55,129 nt of DNA from an uncultured Hyphomonas sp. (GTDB lineage Bacteria > Pseudomonadota > Alphaproteobacteria > Caulobacterales > Hyphomonadaceae), in the NCBI GenBank assembly GCA_964419865.1, contig CAYQRX010000001.1, forward strand, positions 1 through 55,129, in the 5' to 3' direction. The notes beneath the pieces were generated by a model. The model searched no databases. It saw only the letters and a program-made list of their open reading frames with translations, and was not told the origin of the DNA. Made by a program: the position numbers and the translations under genes. Shown piece by piece: positions 32,768 through 41,605 of this stretch; the stretch's first letter is position 1, and each line of letters opens with the position of its first letter.

Positions 32768-34228
32768 TCAGCCGGCGAGTTGATCTTCGATGCGTGCGAG
32801 CGTTTCTTCTCGGCCCAGCCATTCCATAACCGGAGCGAGATCCGGTGCCGGAAGGCCGCCCGTGAGTGCGGCTCTGAGTGGCGGACCTATCTGCCCCATC
32901 GATAGGCCTGTTGCGGCGCAATATGACTTTATCGTTTCCGAAATACTAGCGCTTGACCACTGCGACATTCGCTCCAGCGCCTGTCGAAAGCCTTGGAGAC
33001 GTGGTTTTGCCTCTTCTGACAAGGCTTTACGGGCATTCTTCGTCAACTCTATAGGGCGATTTACCCTAAGGAATGCGAATGCTTCAGCCAGCTCCACAAG
33101 GGTCGATCCCCGATCTTTCATGTGCGGAAGGGCAAGCCGGATTCGTGCCTTATCGGCGCTGGAAACGGGGCCGGTTTTTTCCAGGAAAGGGGTTAGAAGC
33201 GAAAGGAGCCGTTCATCATCGGCCGCGCGGATGAAATGAGCGTTCACTGTTGCCAGCTTATCAAGATCCAGCCGCGCGGGCGCCTTGTTTATCCCGGCGA
33301 CGTCAAAAACCTTGATGGCTTCAGCATCGGTGAAAATTTCCTGATCGCCGTGGCTCCAGCCCAGTCGAAGCAGGTAGGCCTTCATCGCTTCAGGCAGGTA
33401 TCCCAAGTCCCGATAGGCGGTGGTGGACAACGCGCCGTGGCGTTTCGACAGCTTCGCACCATCATTTCCGTGGATCATCGGAACGTGGGAAAATTGCGGA
33501 ACCGTCCAGCCCATGGCCTCGTAGATCGGCACCTGACGGAAAGTGTTTCGCAGGTGATCGTCACCGCGGATGACGTGGGTGACCCCCATGTCATGATCGT
33601 CCACAACGACCGCTAACATATAAGTCGGCGTGCCGTCGGCTCTTAGCATGATCAGGTCATCAATCTCGGACGCGTCTATGCTTACCCGGCCTTGTACCCC
33701 GTCCTCCAAGGTCCTCGCGCCGCTGTCCGGCGCCTTCAGCCTTACAGTATAGGGGGCGCCGGGCGCAGGGGGCGCGCCGCCATCCCGGTAGGGCGAGCGG
33801 AAGGGCGCAAGCAGGGCGGTCGCCTCTGCAAGAAGCGCCTGGCGCGTTTCCTGATCGATATCCTGCTGTTTGGCAGCCTGACGCTTCTCCTCACCGAGTT
33901 CGCGGCGCGCCTGCAATTCCTCCGGGGTGACATAGCAGCGAAAAGCGGTCCCGCGCGCAATCATGTCCTCGGCGACTTCACGGTGGCGCGGAGCGCGTGT
34001 GAACTGCATCACCGGAGGCTCATCAGGCGTCAGCCCCAACCAGTCCATCGCATCAAGGATGGCGTCCGTCGCCGCCTGGGTCGAGCGTTCGCGATCGGTG
34101 TCTTCAATCCTCAGGAGAAATCGGCCGCCATGCCGGCGCGCAAACAAATAGTTGAAAAGTGCCGTTCGAGCGCCTCCAATATGCAGCATTCCCGTAGGGG
34201 AAGGGGCAAATCGCGTGACGACGGACAT
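32768..34228 (-). CDS. gltX: Glutamate--tRNA ligase
   Basis: TRFAPSPTGMLHIGG (HIGH), LRIEDTD, HVIRGDDH and KLSKRHG (KMSKS) motifs. Confidence 0.96.
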   Translation of the reverse strand: MSVVTRFAPSPTGMLHIGGARTALFNYLFARRHGGRFLLRIEDTDRERSTQAATDAILDAMDWLGLTPDEPPVMQFTRAPRHREVAEDMIARGTAFRCYVTPEELQARRELGEEKRQAAKQQDIDQETRQALLAEATALLAPFRSPYRDGGAPPAPGAPYTVRLKAPDSGARTLEDGVQGRVSIDASEIDDLIMLRADGTPTYMLAVVVDDHDMGVTHVIRGDDHLRNTFRQVPIYEAMGWTVPQFSHVPMIHGNDGAKLSKRHGALSTTAYRDLGYLPEAMKAYLLRLGWSHGDQEIFTDAEAIKVFDVAGINKAPARLDLDKLATVNAHFIRAADDERLLSLLTPFLEKTGPVSSADKARIRLALPHMKDRGSTLVELAEAFAFLRVNRPIELTKNARKALSEEAKPRLQGFRQALERMSQWSSASISETIKSYCAATGLSMGQIGPPLRAALTGGLPAPDLAPVMEWLGREETLARIEDQLAG

Positions 34229-34297
34229 CCGTGGCTAGCTCCGATTGACCGGCGCTGGGGCCGCTGTTGCGGTGGACAAACACGAGGACGGGGGCGA

Positions 34298-35055
34298 GTG
34301 CAAGAGGGGGACGGCTTCTTCCGTGGTTTGGCCCGTGGCGCGGGCCATATCATCAATGTTGACTCGCGTCCCTTGCTGCTTGCCTTCGCCGCCTGCGCTG
34401 GTTCGGCCAGTCACTGGAACTCGTTCTTGCCTTGACGCACTTTTTCAATGACCTGTCGCCAGGGATAGTCCGCATACCGGTGCCGATGCCTGCGACGGCG
34501 CTCGTCTGCCTTTCTCTGGCACTTGCATTATCAATGGGCGCAACCGGCTGGGCGCGTCTGGTCGGCGCGGCCGTGATGACGTTGCCTGCGATCTGGCTTT
34601 GGGCAAACGCACCGAAGATCGTCCTGCACTGGTCAGGATCTGGCGACGTCTATATTGCGGACGAGCGCGGCTATGTTTCGAAGCTATCCCTCGCCAGGGG
34701 CGATGGGTTGCCGCCGCTTCGTTTCACGCAAGCTGGCGACCTCGCACCCTGCCGAGACCCCGCGTGCAAATACACCTCGCTCAATCGCATAAATATAGAT
34801 GTCCTCATGCGCGCCAGAGCTGGAGGCGAAGAGGAAACCTACCAGATCTCTCTGCGATCAACGGACAACAATGGCACAACCATGATCATTGCTTGGGAGG
34901 ACATCCAGCGTAACGGCGGGCTCACCATCTATCTGAAACACGGCCGTCTAATGGCCGCTCGTGTGCCCCAGTGCAGCAGCCGCCCCTGGCAACGATGCGC
35001 GGCGGCGGCCCCGGCAATCAGCCCGGGCCCCGCCAGCGGCCGTCGTCACTCGTAG
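34298..35055 (+). pseudogene. comEC: ComEC/Rec2 competence protein remnant with large internal deletion and frameshift
   Basis: Sits in the usual comEC slot between gltX and lexA. A short GTG-started piece (VQEGDGFFRGLARG...RPLLLAFAACAGSA) joins near 34393-34408 to a different frame (LRWFGQSLELVLALTHFFNDLSPG..PVPMPATALVCL..RLVG..W..APK..) resembling the post-Competence-domain part of alphaproteobacterial ComEC. Only about 760 bp in total, against about 2 kb expected. Confidence 0.7.
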
Positions 35056-35726
35056 CGACGAATAAGCGCTACGAGCCGTCCCTGAACCTCAACCCGATCG
35101 GGCCCGAAAATCCGCGTTTCAAAGGCAGGGTTTGCGGCCTCAAGCGCGACTGAAGCGCCCTTCCGGCGCAGGCGTTTGAGGGTTGCCTCCTCACCATCGA
35201 TCAAAGCGACAACAATATCGCCAGTTTGCGCCGTTGCTGTTCGCTTCAGAATAACTGTGTCGCCATTGAGAATGCCGGCCTGGATCATCGAATCGCCCTG
35301 AACTTCAAGAGCGAAATAGTCATCTCCTTCAGGCAGTGCGCCTGGGCTGGGAATATGCCCATTGTCCTGTTGAATAGCCGAGATCGGTGAGCCAGCCGCA
35401 ATGCGCCCGACCAGCGGGATCATACCGGCGCGCGGAGCCGCAACCCCTTGAGAGGTGACGATTGCTGGCCGGAAATCCCGCCTTTGGCGAGCGTTCGGCG
35501 GAGGCACGGCGGAGTCCGGCAGTTTCAGCACTTCAAGCGCCCGCGCCCGGTTTGCCAGCCTGCGGATGAACCCACGTTCCTCCAGCGCCGTGATGAGGCG
35601 GTGGATGCCCGACTTCGATGCGAGATCAAGCGCTTCCTTCATTTCGTCAAAGGACGGCGAAACGCCGGTCTCCTTGATCCTGTCATTGATGAACAGGAGC
35701 AGCTCTTTCTGTTTGGTCGTCAGCAT
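35046..35726 (-). CDS. lexA: SOS repressor LexA
   Basis: [36 protein letters not shown], cleavage site IAAG, catalytic GDSM and TLKR. Confidence 0.97.
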   Translation of the reverse strand: MLTTKQKELLLFINDRIKETGVSPSFDEMKEALDLASKSGIHRLITALEERGFIRRLANRARALEVLKLPDSAVPPPNARQRRDFRPAIVTSQGVAAPRAGMIPLVGRIAAGSPISAIQQDNGHIPSPGALPEGDDYFALEVQGDSMIQAGILNGDTVILKRTATAQTGDIVVALIDGEEATLKRLRRKGASVALEAANPAFETRIFGPDRVEVQGRLVALIRRYE

Positions 35727-35761
35727 GGCTCGGTTCCCGGTGCGATTCGATGTTCGCTTTT

Positions 35762-35776
35762 GTTCTACAAGCGTTC
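35762..35776 (-). promoter_or_regulatory. LexA (SOS) box GTTC-N7-GTTC
   Basis: GTTC TACAAGC GTTC at 35762-35776 matches the alphaproteobacterial LexA direct repeat, 35 bp upstream of the lexA ATG. Confidence 0.85.
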
Positions 35777-35790
35777 TTGGTTCGGGTCAA
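35762..35790 (-). promoter_or_regulatory. lexA sigma70 promoter TTGACC-N17-TAGAAC
   Basis: Minus-strand TTGACC (35785-90), 17-nt spacer, TAGAAC (35762-67); the -10 is overlapped by the LexA box. Confidence 0.7.
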
Positions 35791-35792
35791 TC

Positions 35793-36590
35793 TCAACAGG
35801 CCTGTTTGAGCCGCTCCACTTGCTGGGCGCGAGCTTCTCCCTGCCGCATCAACCATTCGCCGATCAGGAACCGGCGGGCACCGACAGTGCGCAGGCGGAT
35901 AATGCTTGCAGGATCTGAAATCCCGCTTTCTGACACCAGGTAACGGTCTGGCGGAACCATCGGCGCAAGGCGTTCGGTTGTCCCGAGATCGGTGACCATC
36001 CGTTTCAGGTCGCGGTTGTTGACGCCGATGAGTCTGGCCGGGAGCATCAGCGCCCGCTCCATCTCCGCCTCGTCATGTGTTTCGACCAGTACATCCATAC
36101 CGAGCGCTTCACTGGCGTCGTAGAGGTCTTTCGCCAACACATCGTCGACAGCGGACATAATGATCAGGATACAGTCGGCGCCATGCGCCCGGGCCTCGAG
36201 GACCTGGACCGGATCGATCATGAAGTCCTTGCGGAGCATGGGCAGGCTGACGGCGCGGCGGATTGCTTCAAAATCCTCAAGGCTGCCGCCGAAACTCGGC
36301 ATGTCTGTCAGGACCGAAAGGCAGGCCGCGCCGCCGGTTTCATAGTCCCGCGCGATCTCGCACGGGTCAGCGCCGGGCAGAATGTCTCCGGCGGATGGGC
36401 TTTTGCGCTTGATCTCACAGATCAGGCCGTTCGAAGTATCCGTAGCCGCCTTCGCCAGCGCAGCGCTGAATGCGCGGACGGGGGAAGCGGTCCTGGCGGC
36501 ATCTTCGAGATCGGACAAGGTTCGGGCGCGTTTCAGCGCCGCCACTTCATCGCGCTTGTAGTCCAGGATGCGGTCGAGCGCGGTCGCCAT
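35793..36590 (-). CDS. trpC: Indole-3-glycerol phosphate synthase
   Basis: ICEIKRKSPSAG, CLSVLTD, LRKDFM, GVNNRDL and VSESGI motifs. Confidence 0.96.
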   Translation of the reverse strand: MATALDRILDYKRDEVAALKRARTLSDLEDAARTASPVRAFSAALAKAATDTSNGLICEIKRKSPSAGDILPGADPCEIARDYETGGAACLSVLTDMPSFGGSLEDFEAIRRAVSLPMLRKDFMIDPVQVLEARAHGADCILIIMSAVDDVLAKDLYDASEALGMDVLVETHDEAEMERALMLPARLIGVNNRDLKRMVTDLGTTERLAPMVPPDRYLVSESGISDPASIIRLRTVGARRFLIGEWLMRQGEARAQQVERLKQAC

Positions 36591-36592
36591 GA

Positions 36593-37618
36593 TCAATCAG
36601 CCTCCCGCGATGTGCGAACCAGGATATCCAGCGTCTCGCGGGCCTTGCCGCTGTCAATCGCAGCCGCCGCCCGCTCCACGCCTTCAAGGACCGATCCTGC
36701 AATGCCGGCTACATGTAGGCCAGCGGCGGCGTTGAAGAGCACGATATCACGAAAGGGGCCGGCGCGGCCGTCCAGCAGATCGCGTATGGCTGCGGCGTTA
36801 TCCTCGGGCGCGCCCCCTTCCAATCGCGATAATGGGTGCACAGCCAAGCCGGCATCGCCGGGCACAAGCTCGAAATGCCGAAGCGTGTCCGGCGTGACTT
36901 CGCAAACAATGGTTGCACCGGAGATCGAAATCTCGTCGATGCCATCAACACCGTGCACGACCCAGGCGCGGCGCGTCCCGAGCGCCTGAAGAGCTTCGGC
37001 CATCGGCTGAACCCAGCGGGGGTCATAAACGCCGAGAACGGAGTATTCGGCGCCCGCGGGGTTGGAAAGCGGGCCTAGCAGGTTGAAAACTGTCCGGATA
37101 CCGAGCTTGTGCCGGATCGGCGCGACATGGCGCATTGCCGAATGATAGCTGCGCGCAAAAAGAAAGCCGACACCGGCCTTGTCCACGCACGCGCGGAACG
37201 CACTATCGGTCAGTTCCAGCTGCAGACCAAGGGTCTCCAGGACATCCGCCGATCCGGTTTTTGGGGGGACCGAGCGGTTTCCATGTTTCGCGACCCGCCC
37301 CCCGGCTGCAGCGATGACGATCGCACTGGCTGTCGATGTGTTGAGCGATTTCCAGGGTAGGCCGCCGGTCCCGCAAGTGTCCAGCAACGGACCATCAACG
37401 GTTACCCGCCGCGCATGCCGGCGCATGATCCGCGCGCCCGCTGTCAGTTCCGCTGCGGTTTCACCGCGCACGGCAAGACCGGCCAGGAATGCGCCGACCT
37501 CCTCAGGGGCGGCGTCCCCTGAAAGCAATGTCTCGAACGCCCCTTCAAGCGTCGCTTCATCAAGCGGCAGGCCGCGCGCAATCGCCTGTATCGCGTCGTT
37601 GAGCGGTGTCTCGCTCAT
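36593..37618 (-). CDS. trpD: Anthranilate phosphoribosyltransferase
   Basis: DTCGTGG, VAKHGNRS, RTVFNLLGPLSNP and GIDEIS motifs. Confidence 0.96.
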   Translation of the reverse strand: MSETPLNDAIQAIARGLPLDEATLEGAFETLLSGDAAPEEVGAFLAGLAVRGETAAELTAGARIMRRHARRVTVDGPLLDTCGTGGLPWKSLNTSTASAIVIAAAGGRVAKHGNRSVPPKTGSADVLETLGLQLELTDSAFRACVDKAGVGFLFARSYHSAMRHVAPIRHKLGIRTVFNLLGPLSNPAGAEYSVLGVYDPRWVQPMAEALQALGTRRAWVVHGVDGIDEISISGATIVCEVTPDTLRHFELVPGDAGLAVHPLSRLEGGAPEDNAAAIRDLLDGRAGPFRDIVLFNAAAGLHVAGIAGSVLEGVERAAAAIDSGKARETLDILVRTSREAD

Positions 37619-38187
37619 AGTCTCACCATCGCCAGGAAGTTTTTGAGGAGCGCATGGCCGTGTTCGGTCAGAATGCTCTCCGGATGGAACTGCACGCCGT
37701 ACACCGGACGATCCTTGTGGTGCAGCGCCATGATTTCGCCATCATCAGTATAGGCATCCGCCACCAGGCAGTCCGGAAGGTCCGCCGTGCGCACGGCGAG
37801 GGAATGGTAGCGAACAACCTGATAGCGCTCCGGCAGGCCCTCAAACAGGCCCCTCTGGGAGGTCCGGATCTCGGAGAGCTTACCGTGGCGTATCTCCCTG
37901 GCCTGAACGACAGCGCCGCCATAGGCCTGGCCAATTGCCTGATGGCCGAGACACACACCGAGGATGGGGAGGGTTTCGGGTGCCGCGCGGAGCAGGCCGA
38001 GGCAGATACCTGCTTCATTCGGCGTGCAGGGGCCTGGTGAGAGCAGGACCGCATCCGGCTTCAGCGCGAGGGCCTCTTCCGCTGTAAGCTGATCATTACG
38101 GATCACATGGGTTCTTGCGCCCAGCTCCTCGAGGTAATGCACGAGGTTCCAGGTGAAGCTGTCATAGTTGTCTATAACGAGGATCAT
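37615..38187 (-). CDS. trpG: Anthranilate synthase component II (glutamine amidotransferase)
   Basis: IDNYDSFT, SPGPC, GVCLGHQ, RYHSL and QFHPES motifs. Confidence 0.95.
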   Translation of the reverse strand: MILVIDNYDSFTWNLVHYLEELGARTHVIRNDQLTAEEALALKPDAVLLSPGPCTPNEAGICLGLLRAAPETLPILGVCLGHQAIGQAYGGAVVQAREIRHGKLSEIRTSQRGLFEGLPERYQVVRYHSLAVRTADLPDCLVADAYTDDGEIMALHHKDRPVYGVQFHPESILTEHGHALLKNFLAMVRL

Positions 38188-39608
38188 TGATCGTGCTCAT
38201 AGGCCGCGGCAAGTTCAGCCGCGCGCTTGAGTGCGCCGGCTTTATGAACCGTCTCGTCGAATTCGTATTGAGGGTCGGAATCAAGCACGACGCCGCCGCC
38301 CGCCTGAATGTGAAGCATGCCATCTTTCAGAACGGCTGTGCGAAGGGCGATACAAGTGTCGAGGTCGCCGTTCCAGCCGAAATATCCCACAGCACCGCCA
38401 TAAATGCCGCGCCGGCTTGTTTCGACTTCGTCAATAATCTGCATCGCACGGATCTTGGGGGCGCCCGACACAGTGCCGGCTGGGAAGCCGGCCATCAATA
38501 CATCTACCGCGTCGAGACCTTCGCGAAGATTCCCCTCAACATGGCTGACGATATGCATCACATGGCTATAGCGTTCGACAATGAACTGTTCCGTGACCTC
38601 GACAGATCCGTATGCGGCGACGCGGCCGACGTCGTTGCGCCCAAGGTCGAGCAGCATCAGATGTTCGGCACGTTCCTTCGGGTCGTTCAGAAGATCCTCC
38701 GCGCGCCGGGCGTCCTCGGCCGGAACGCCGCTGCGCGGCCGCGTGCCGGCGATCGGACGAATTGCAACACGGCCCTCTCGCAGGCGCACCAGGATTTCAG
38801 GACTGGATCCGACGAGGCGTATGTCGCCCAGATTCATGTGGAACATGAAAGCCGACGGATTCAACCGCCGCAGCGCCCGGTAGAAGCTGATGGAGTGCTT
38901 GTTGAACGGCGCAGAAAAACGCTGGCTTGGGACGACCTGAAAGATGTCTCCAGCTTTGATATAGTCGCGGCAGCGCTCGACAATTTCGAAATAGCGCTCT
39001 CTGGTTGTGTTTGAAACAAGCTCCACCGGCTCGGCTCGTCCGTCCTTGGGGGGTACGGAGGGCAGGCGCTCCAGCTGATTTTCCACATCATCGAGCAGCG
39101 CGTTGACCTGATCCTCATTCCCATCGGTCACGCGCCCGACAAGGATGATCTCCTGGTAAATGTGGTCGAATATCACGACGACTGTAGGGATCACGAGAAG
39201 TGCTTCCGGTACGCCGAGCACATCCGGCCGTGTGATCTGAACAGGCTCGACATATTGGATCATGTCATAGCCCACATACCCGAACGCTCCCGACGCCATC
39301 GGCGGCAGTGGCTCGGTTGTCTCAGCAGTGGCCATCCGGGCGAACGCTTTCAATGCGTCAACCGGCATTTCTTCCATCCGGGAGGCGCCAGCAAAGTCAG
39401 GCGTCTCGCTCAGCTCGGCGGTGCCCTGATGAATGCGAAACCATGTCTTGGGATGCAGTCCGATAAACGAGTACCGCCCCAGTCGTTCACCGCCGGCGAT
39501 CGACTCGAAAAGGAAACTTCCCGGCCTGTCTGCGCCGAGTTTCAGCATGGCGCCGACCGGCGTTTCAACGTCGCCGATCCGCCGTCTGACGATTAGTCGA
39601 GCCGTCAT
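38184..39608 (-). CDS. trpE: Anthranilate synthase component I
   Basis: LFES, GDIFQVVPSQRF, SSPEIL, PIAGTR, AEHLMLLDLGRND and PAGTVSGAPK motifs. Confidence 0.96.
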   Translation of the reverse strand: MTARLIVRRRIGDVETPVGAMLKLGADRPGSFLFESIAGGERLGRYSFIGLHPKTWFRIHQGTAELSETPDFAGASRMEEMPVDALKAFARMATAETTEPLPPMASGAFGYVGYDMIQYVEPVQITRPDVLGVPEALLVIPTVVVIFDHIYQEIILVGRVTDGNEDQVNALLDDVENQLERLPSVPPKDGRAEPVELVSNTTRERYFEIVERCRDYIKAGDIFQVVPSQRFSAPFNKHSISFYRALRRLNPSAFMFHMNLGDIRLVGSSPEILVRLREGRVAIRPIAGTRPRSGVPAEDARRAEDLLNDPKERAEHLMLLDLGRNDVGRVAAYGSVEVTEQFIVERYSHVMHIVSHVEGNLREGLDAVDVLMAGFPAGTVSGAPKIRAMQIIDEVETSRRGIYGGAVGYFGWNGDLDTCIALRTAVLKDGMLHIQAGGGVVLDSDPQYEFDETVHKAGALKRAAELAAAYEHDQ

Positions 39609-41518
39609 TGTGCAGTCGTTATTGTGCGTTTGTAAGCAGCGATCGCGGTGGGATTGTCTCGAAGGCGCATTGCGCGCTGCAATTCCCCATCAAGGGCCTG
39701 CTCGAGATCGGCCGACAAAGCGTTTGTAATTTCGGCTGTCGCGCTCGCACCCAAACCGGCCAGCACGTCTGGCCCCGGCGGCGTGACGCTCACAACCTGA
39801 AGAATGACGAACAGGCCGCTGTCGCCTGTCGGCAGGCCAAGAACGTCTCCTGCCTGATTGCCGAACGTTGCCTGGAGCAGGGGGCCAGGCATACCCATGG
39901 ACTGCGCATTCATTCGCGATACCGGTTCTGGCAGGGTCTCGACTTCTGAACGGGCTTCCGCAGCCGCCCGCTCAAAGCTGATCTCGCCCGAACGGATACG
40001 GTCTGTCATACTGGTGACGGCCATTTCGGCAGCATTGGCGCGCCGTTCGGCGGCGATAAGCTGGCGAACATCTTCACGCGCCGCGGCAAACTCCGGCGTG
40101 GAAGCCTCCACGATGCGGCGGGGTGTTATAAGCACAACGGCGCCAGAGACATCGAAACGGCTGCTGATCTCGTTCTCAGGCAGGCGGAATGCCTGGGGTA
40201 GCGCGCCTGGCACATCCGCAAGCAGCGCAAACTGATCGCCGAATTCCGTTCGGCCGTTCTGATCAACAGGCGCAATGCTGATGACCGGCACGCCAATGCC
40301 TGCGGCGATCCGGTTCAGGTCCTCTCCCGCCGCCAGCGCGTCATCGAGGGCTTCCATCGCATTTGCGAAAAGAAGCTGAGCGCGTTCGCGGGCCAGGTCC
40401 ATGCGGATTTGCTCAGCCACCTCTTCGAGCGGCTTTACTGCCCCGGGTTGGACTGAAATCAGCCGGGCAACCAGCCAACTTCCGTTGACCTCGCGCGGGC
40501 CGTACATCGCGCCGCTTTGGCGTCCAGGTCCGAACATGGCATCCCGCAGGTTGGCGTCGGCGACTTCTTCAGCGCGTGCGGTCCTGAGTTGTACGGAGCT
40601 GGCGCCCGGCACACTGTTCGGATCCGCGCCGCCGGCCAGCAGGCCAAATGCGTTGCGCGCGGCATCGCGGCTGGAAAAGAGCAGTTCGGCATAGGTGCGC
40701 TGGTCAGGGCCGGCAAAACGTTCGGACTTGGTTGCCTCGTAGATCGTGGCAACCTCCTGGTCAGAGATCTCCACCTTGCCGGTAAAGTCATCGATCGAAA
40801 GCCTTAGGATATCGAGCGCGCGGCGTTCGGGTTGGCGCAGACGCTCAATATTCTGGTCGTAATAGGTCCGGATTTCCTCATCGGTGGGCGGGGGAGGCGG
40901 CGGAGCCTCGTCGGTATCGTAAAAAAACCACCGGATCTCGCGAGTCTCGGCGAGATAACGTGCCTGCAGGTTTGCCAGCGCGCGCGGACCGAAAACAGCC
41001 GACATCCCCGCATCACTCAGCGCCTGAATGATTATGTCGTCCTCAAGCTGGCGTTCGAACTGTACGGGGGTCATCCGCAACTGCTGCAAGCGGTCGCGGA
41101 ACATGGCGGGGTCCAGCTCTCCGGTGAGAGGGTTCTGGAACGCTGCTATGGCGTTCATCTCTTCCAACACGGCCTGGGTGGAGGGCGAAATGCCAATGCT
41201 CTCGCCGAACCCAAGGCGCACAATTCGCGCTTTTTCGACCTCTATGATCTGGTCGATAAGACCATTTTCCAGCGCCTCAGACTTGCTGATGGGCTGATCA
41301 GACGTAGCGTTGATGTTGCGAATAACGGCCTCAACGCGGATGTCGAGCTGTTCTGGCGTAACCGCCCGCGCACCCGCTGCGGCAATATTCGCACCAAGCC
41401 CGCCCCGAACCTGGGCAAAAATTGCGTCCACGCCCCAGAGCGCCATTCCAACGACAACGATCATCAGAACGATTTTCCCCAGGAATGACCTGGTGAGCTG
41501 TTTCATCAGTGAAATCAT
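39605..41518 (-). CDS. ppiD: PpiD-like SurA N-terminal domain/rotamase membrane-anchored periplasmic chaperone
   Basis: N-terminal TM ending ALWG, PTDEEIRTYYDQN and PERRAL; divergent from tpiA and directly upstream of trpE. Confidence 0.82.
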   Translation of the reverse strand: MISLMKQLTRSFLGKIVLMIVVVGMALWGVDAIFAQVRGGLGANIAAAGARAVTPEQLDIRVEAVIRNINATSDQPISKSEALENGLIDQIIEVEKARIVRLGFGESIGISPSTQAVLEEMNAIAAFQNPLTGELDPAMFRDRLQQLRMTPVQFERQLEDDIIIQALSDAGMSAVFGPRALANLQARYLAETREIRWFFYDTDEAPPPPPPTDEEIRTYYDQNIERLRQPERRALDILRLSIDDFTGKVEISDQEVATIYEATKSERFAGPDQRTYAELLFSSRDAARNAFGLLAGGADPNSVPGASSVQLRTARAEEVADANLRDAMFGPGRQSGAMYGPREVNGSWLVARLISVQPGAVKPLEEVAEQIRMDLARERAQLLFANAMEALDDALAAGEDLNRIAAGIGVPVISIAPVDQNGRTEFGDQFALLADVPGALPQAFRLPENEISSRFDVSGAVVLITPRRIVEASTPEFAAAREDVRQLIAAERRANAAEMAVTSMTDRIRSGEISFERAAAEARSEVETLPEPVSRMNAQSMGMPGPLLQATFGNQAGDVLGLPTGDSGLFVILQVVSVTPPGPDVLAGLGASATAEITNALSADLEQALDGELQRAMRLRDNPTAIAAYKRTITTAQ

Positions 41519-41605
41519 GAAGCGGCGTCTCTTGAAGCGGATTTGCCCATTGGCTCACAGCTTGCTAGGCGACCGGTTTATGACTTGCAAGAGAGGGAAG
41601 ACCGC

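Noticed and set aside
31283-32905. 540-aa plus-strand ORF opposite gltA
   Set aside because: Antisense mirror of citrate synthase with no domain signature.
34245-34451. 68-aa ORF upstream of the comEC C-terminal fragment
   Set aside because: No hydrophobic or ComEC-like character; the frame starting at GTG 34298 explains the region better.
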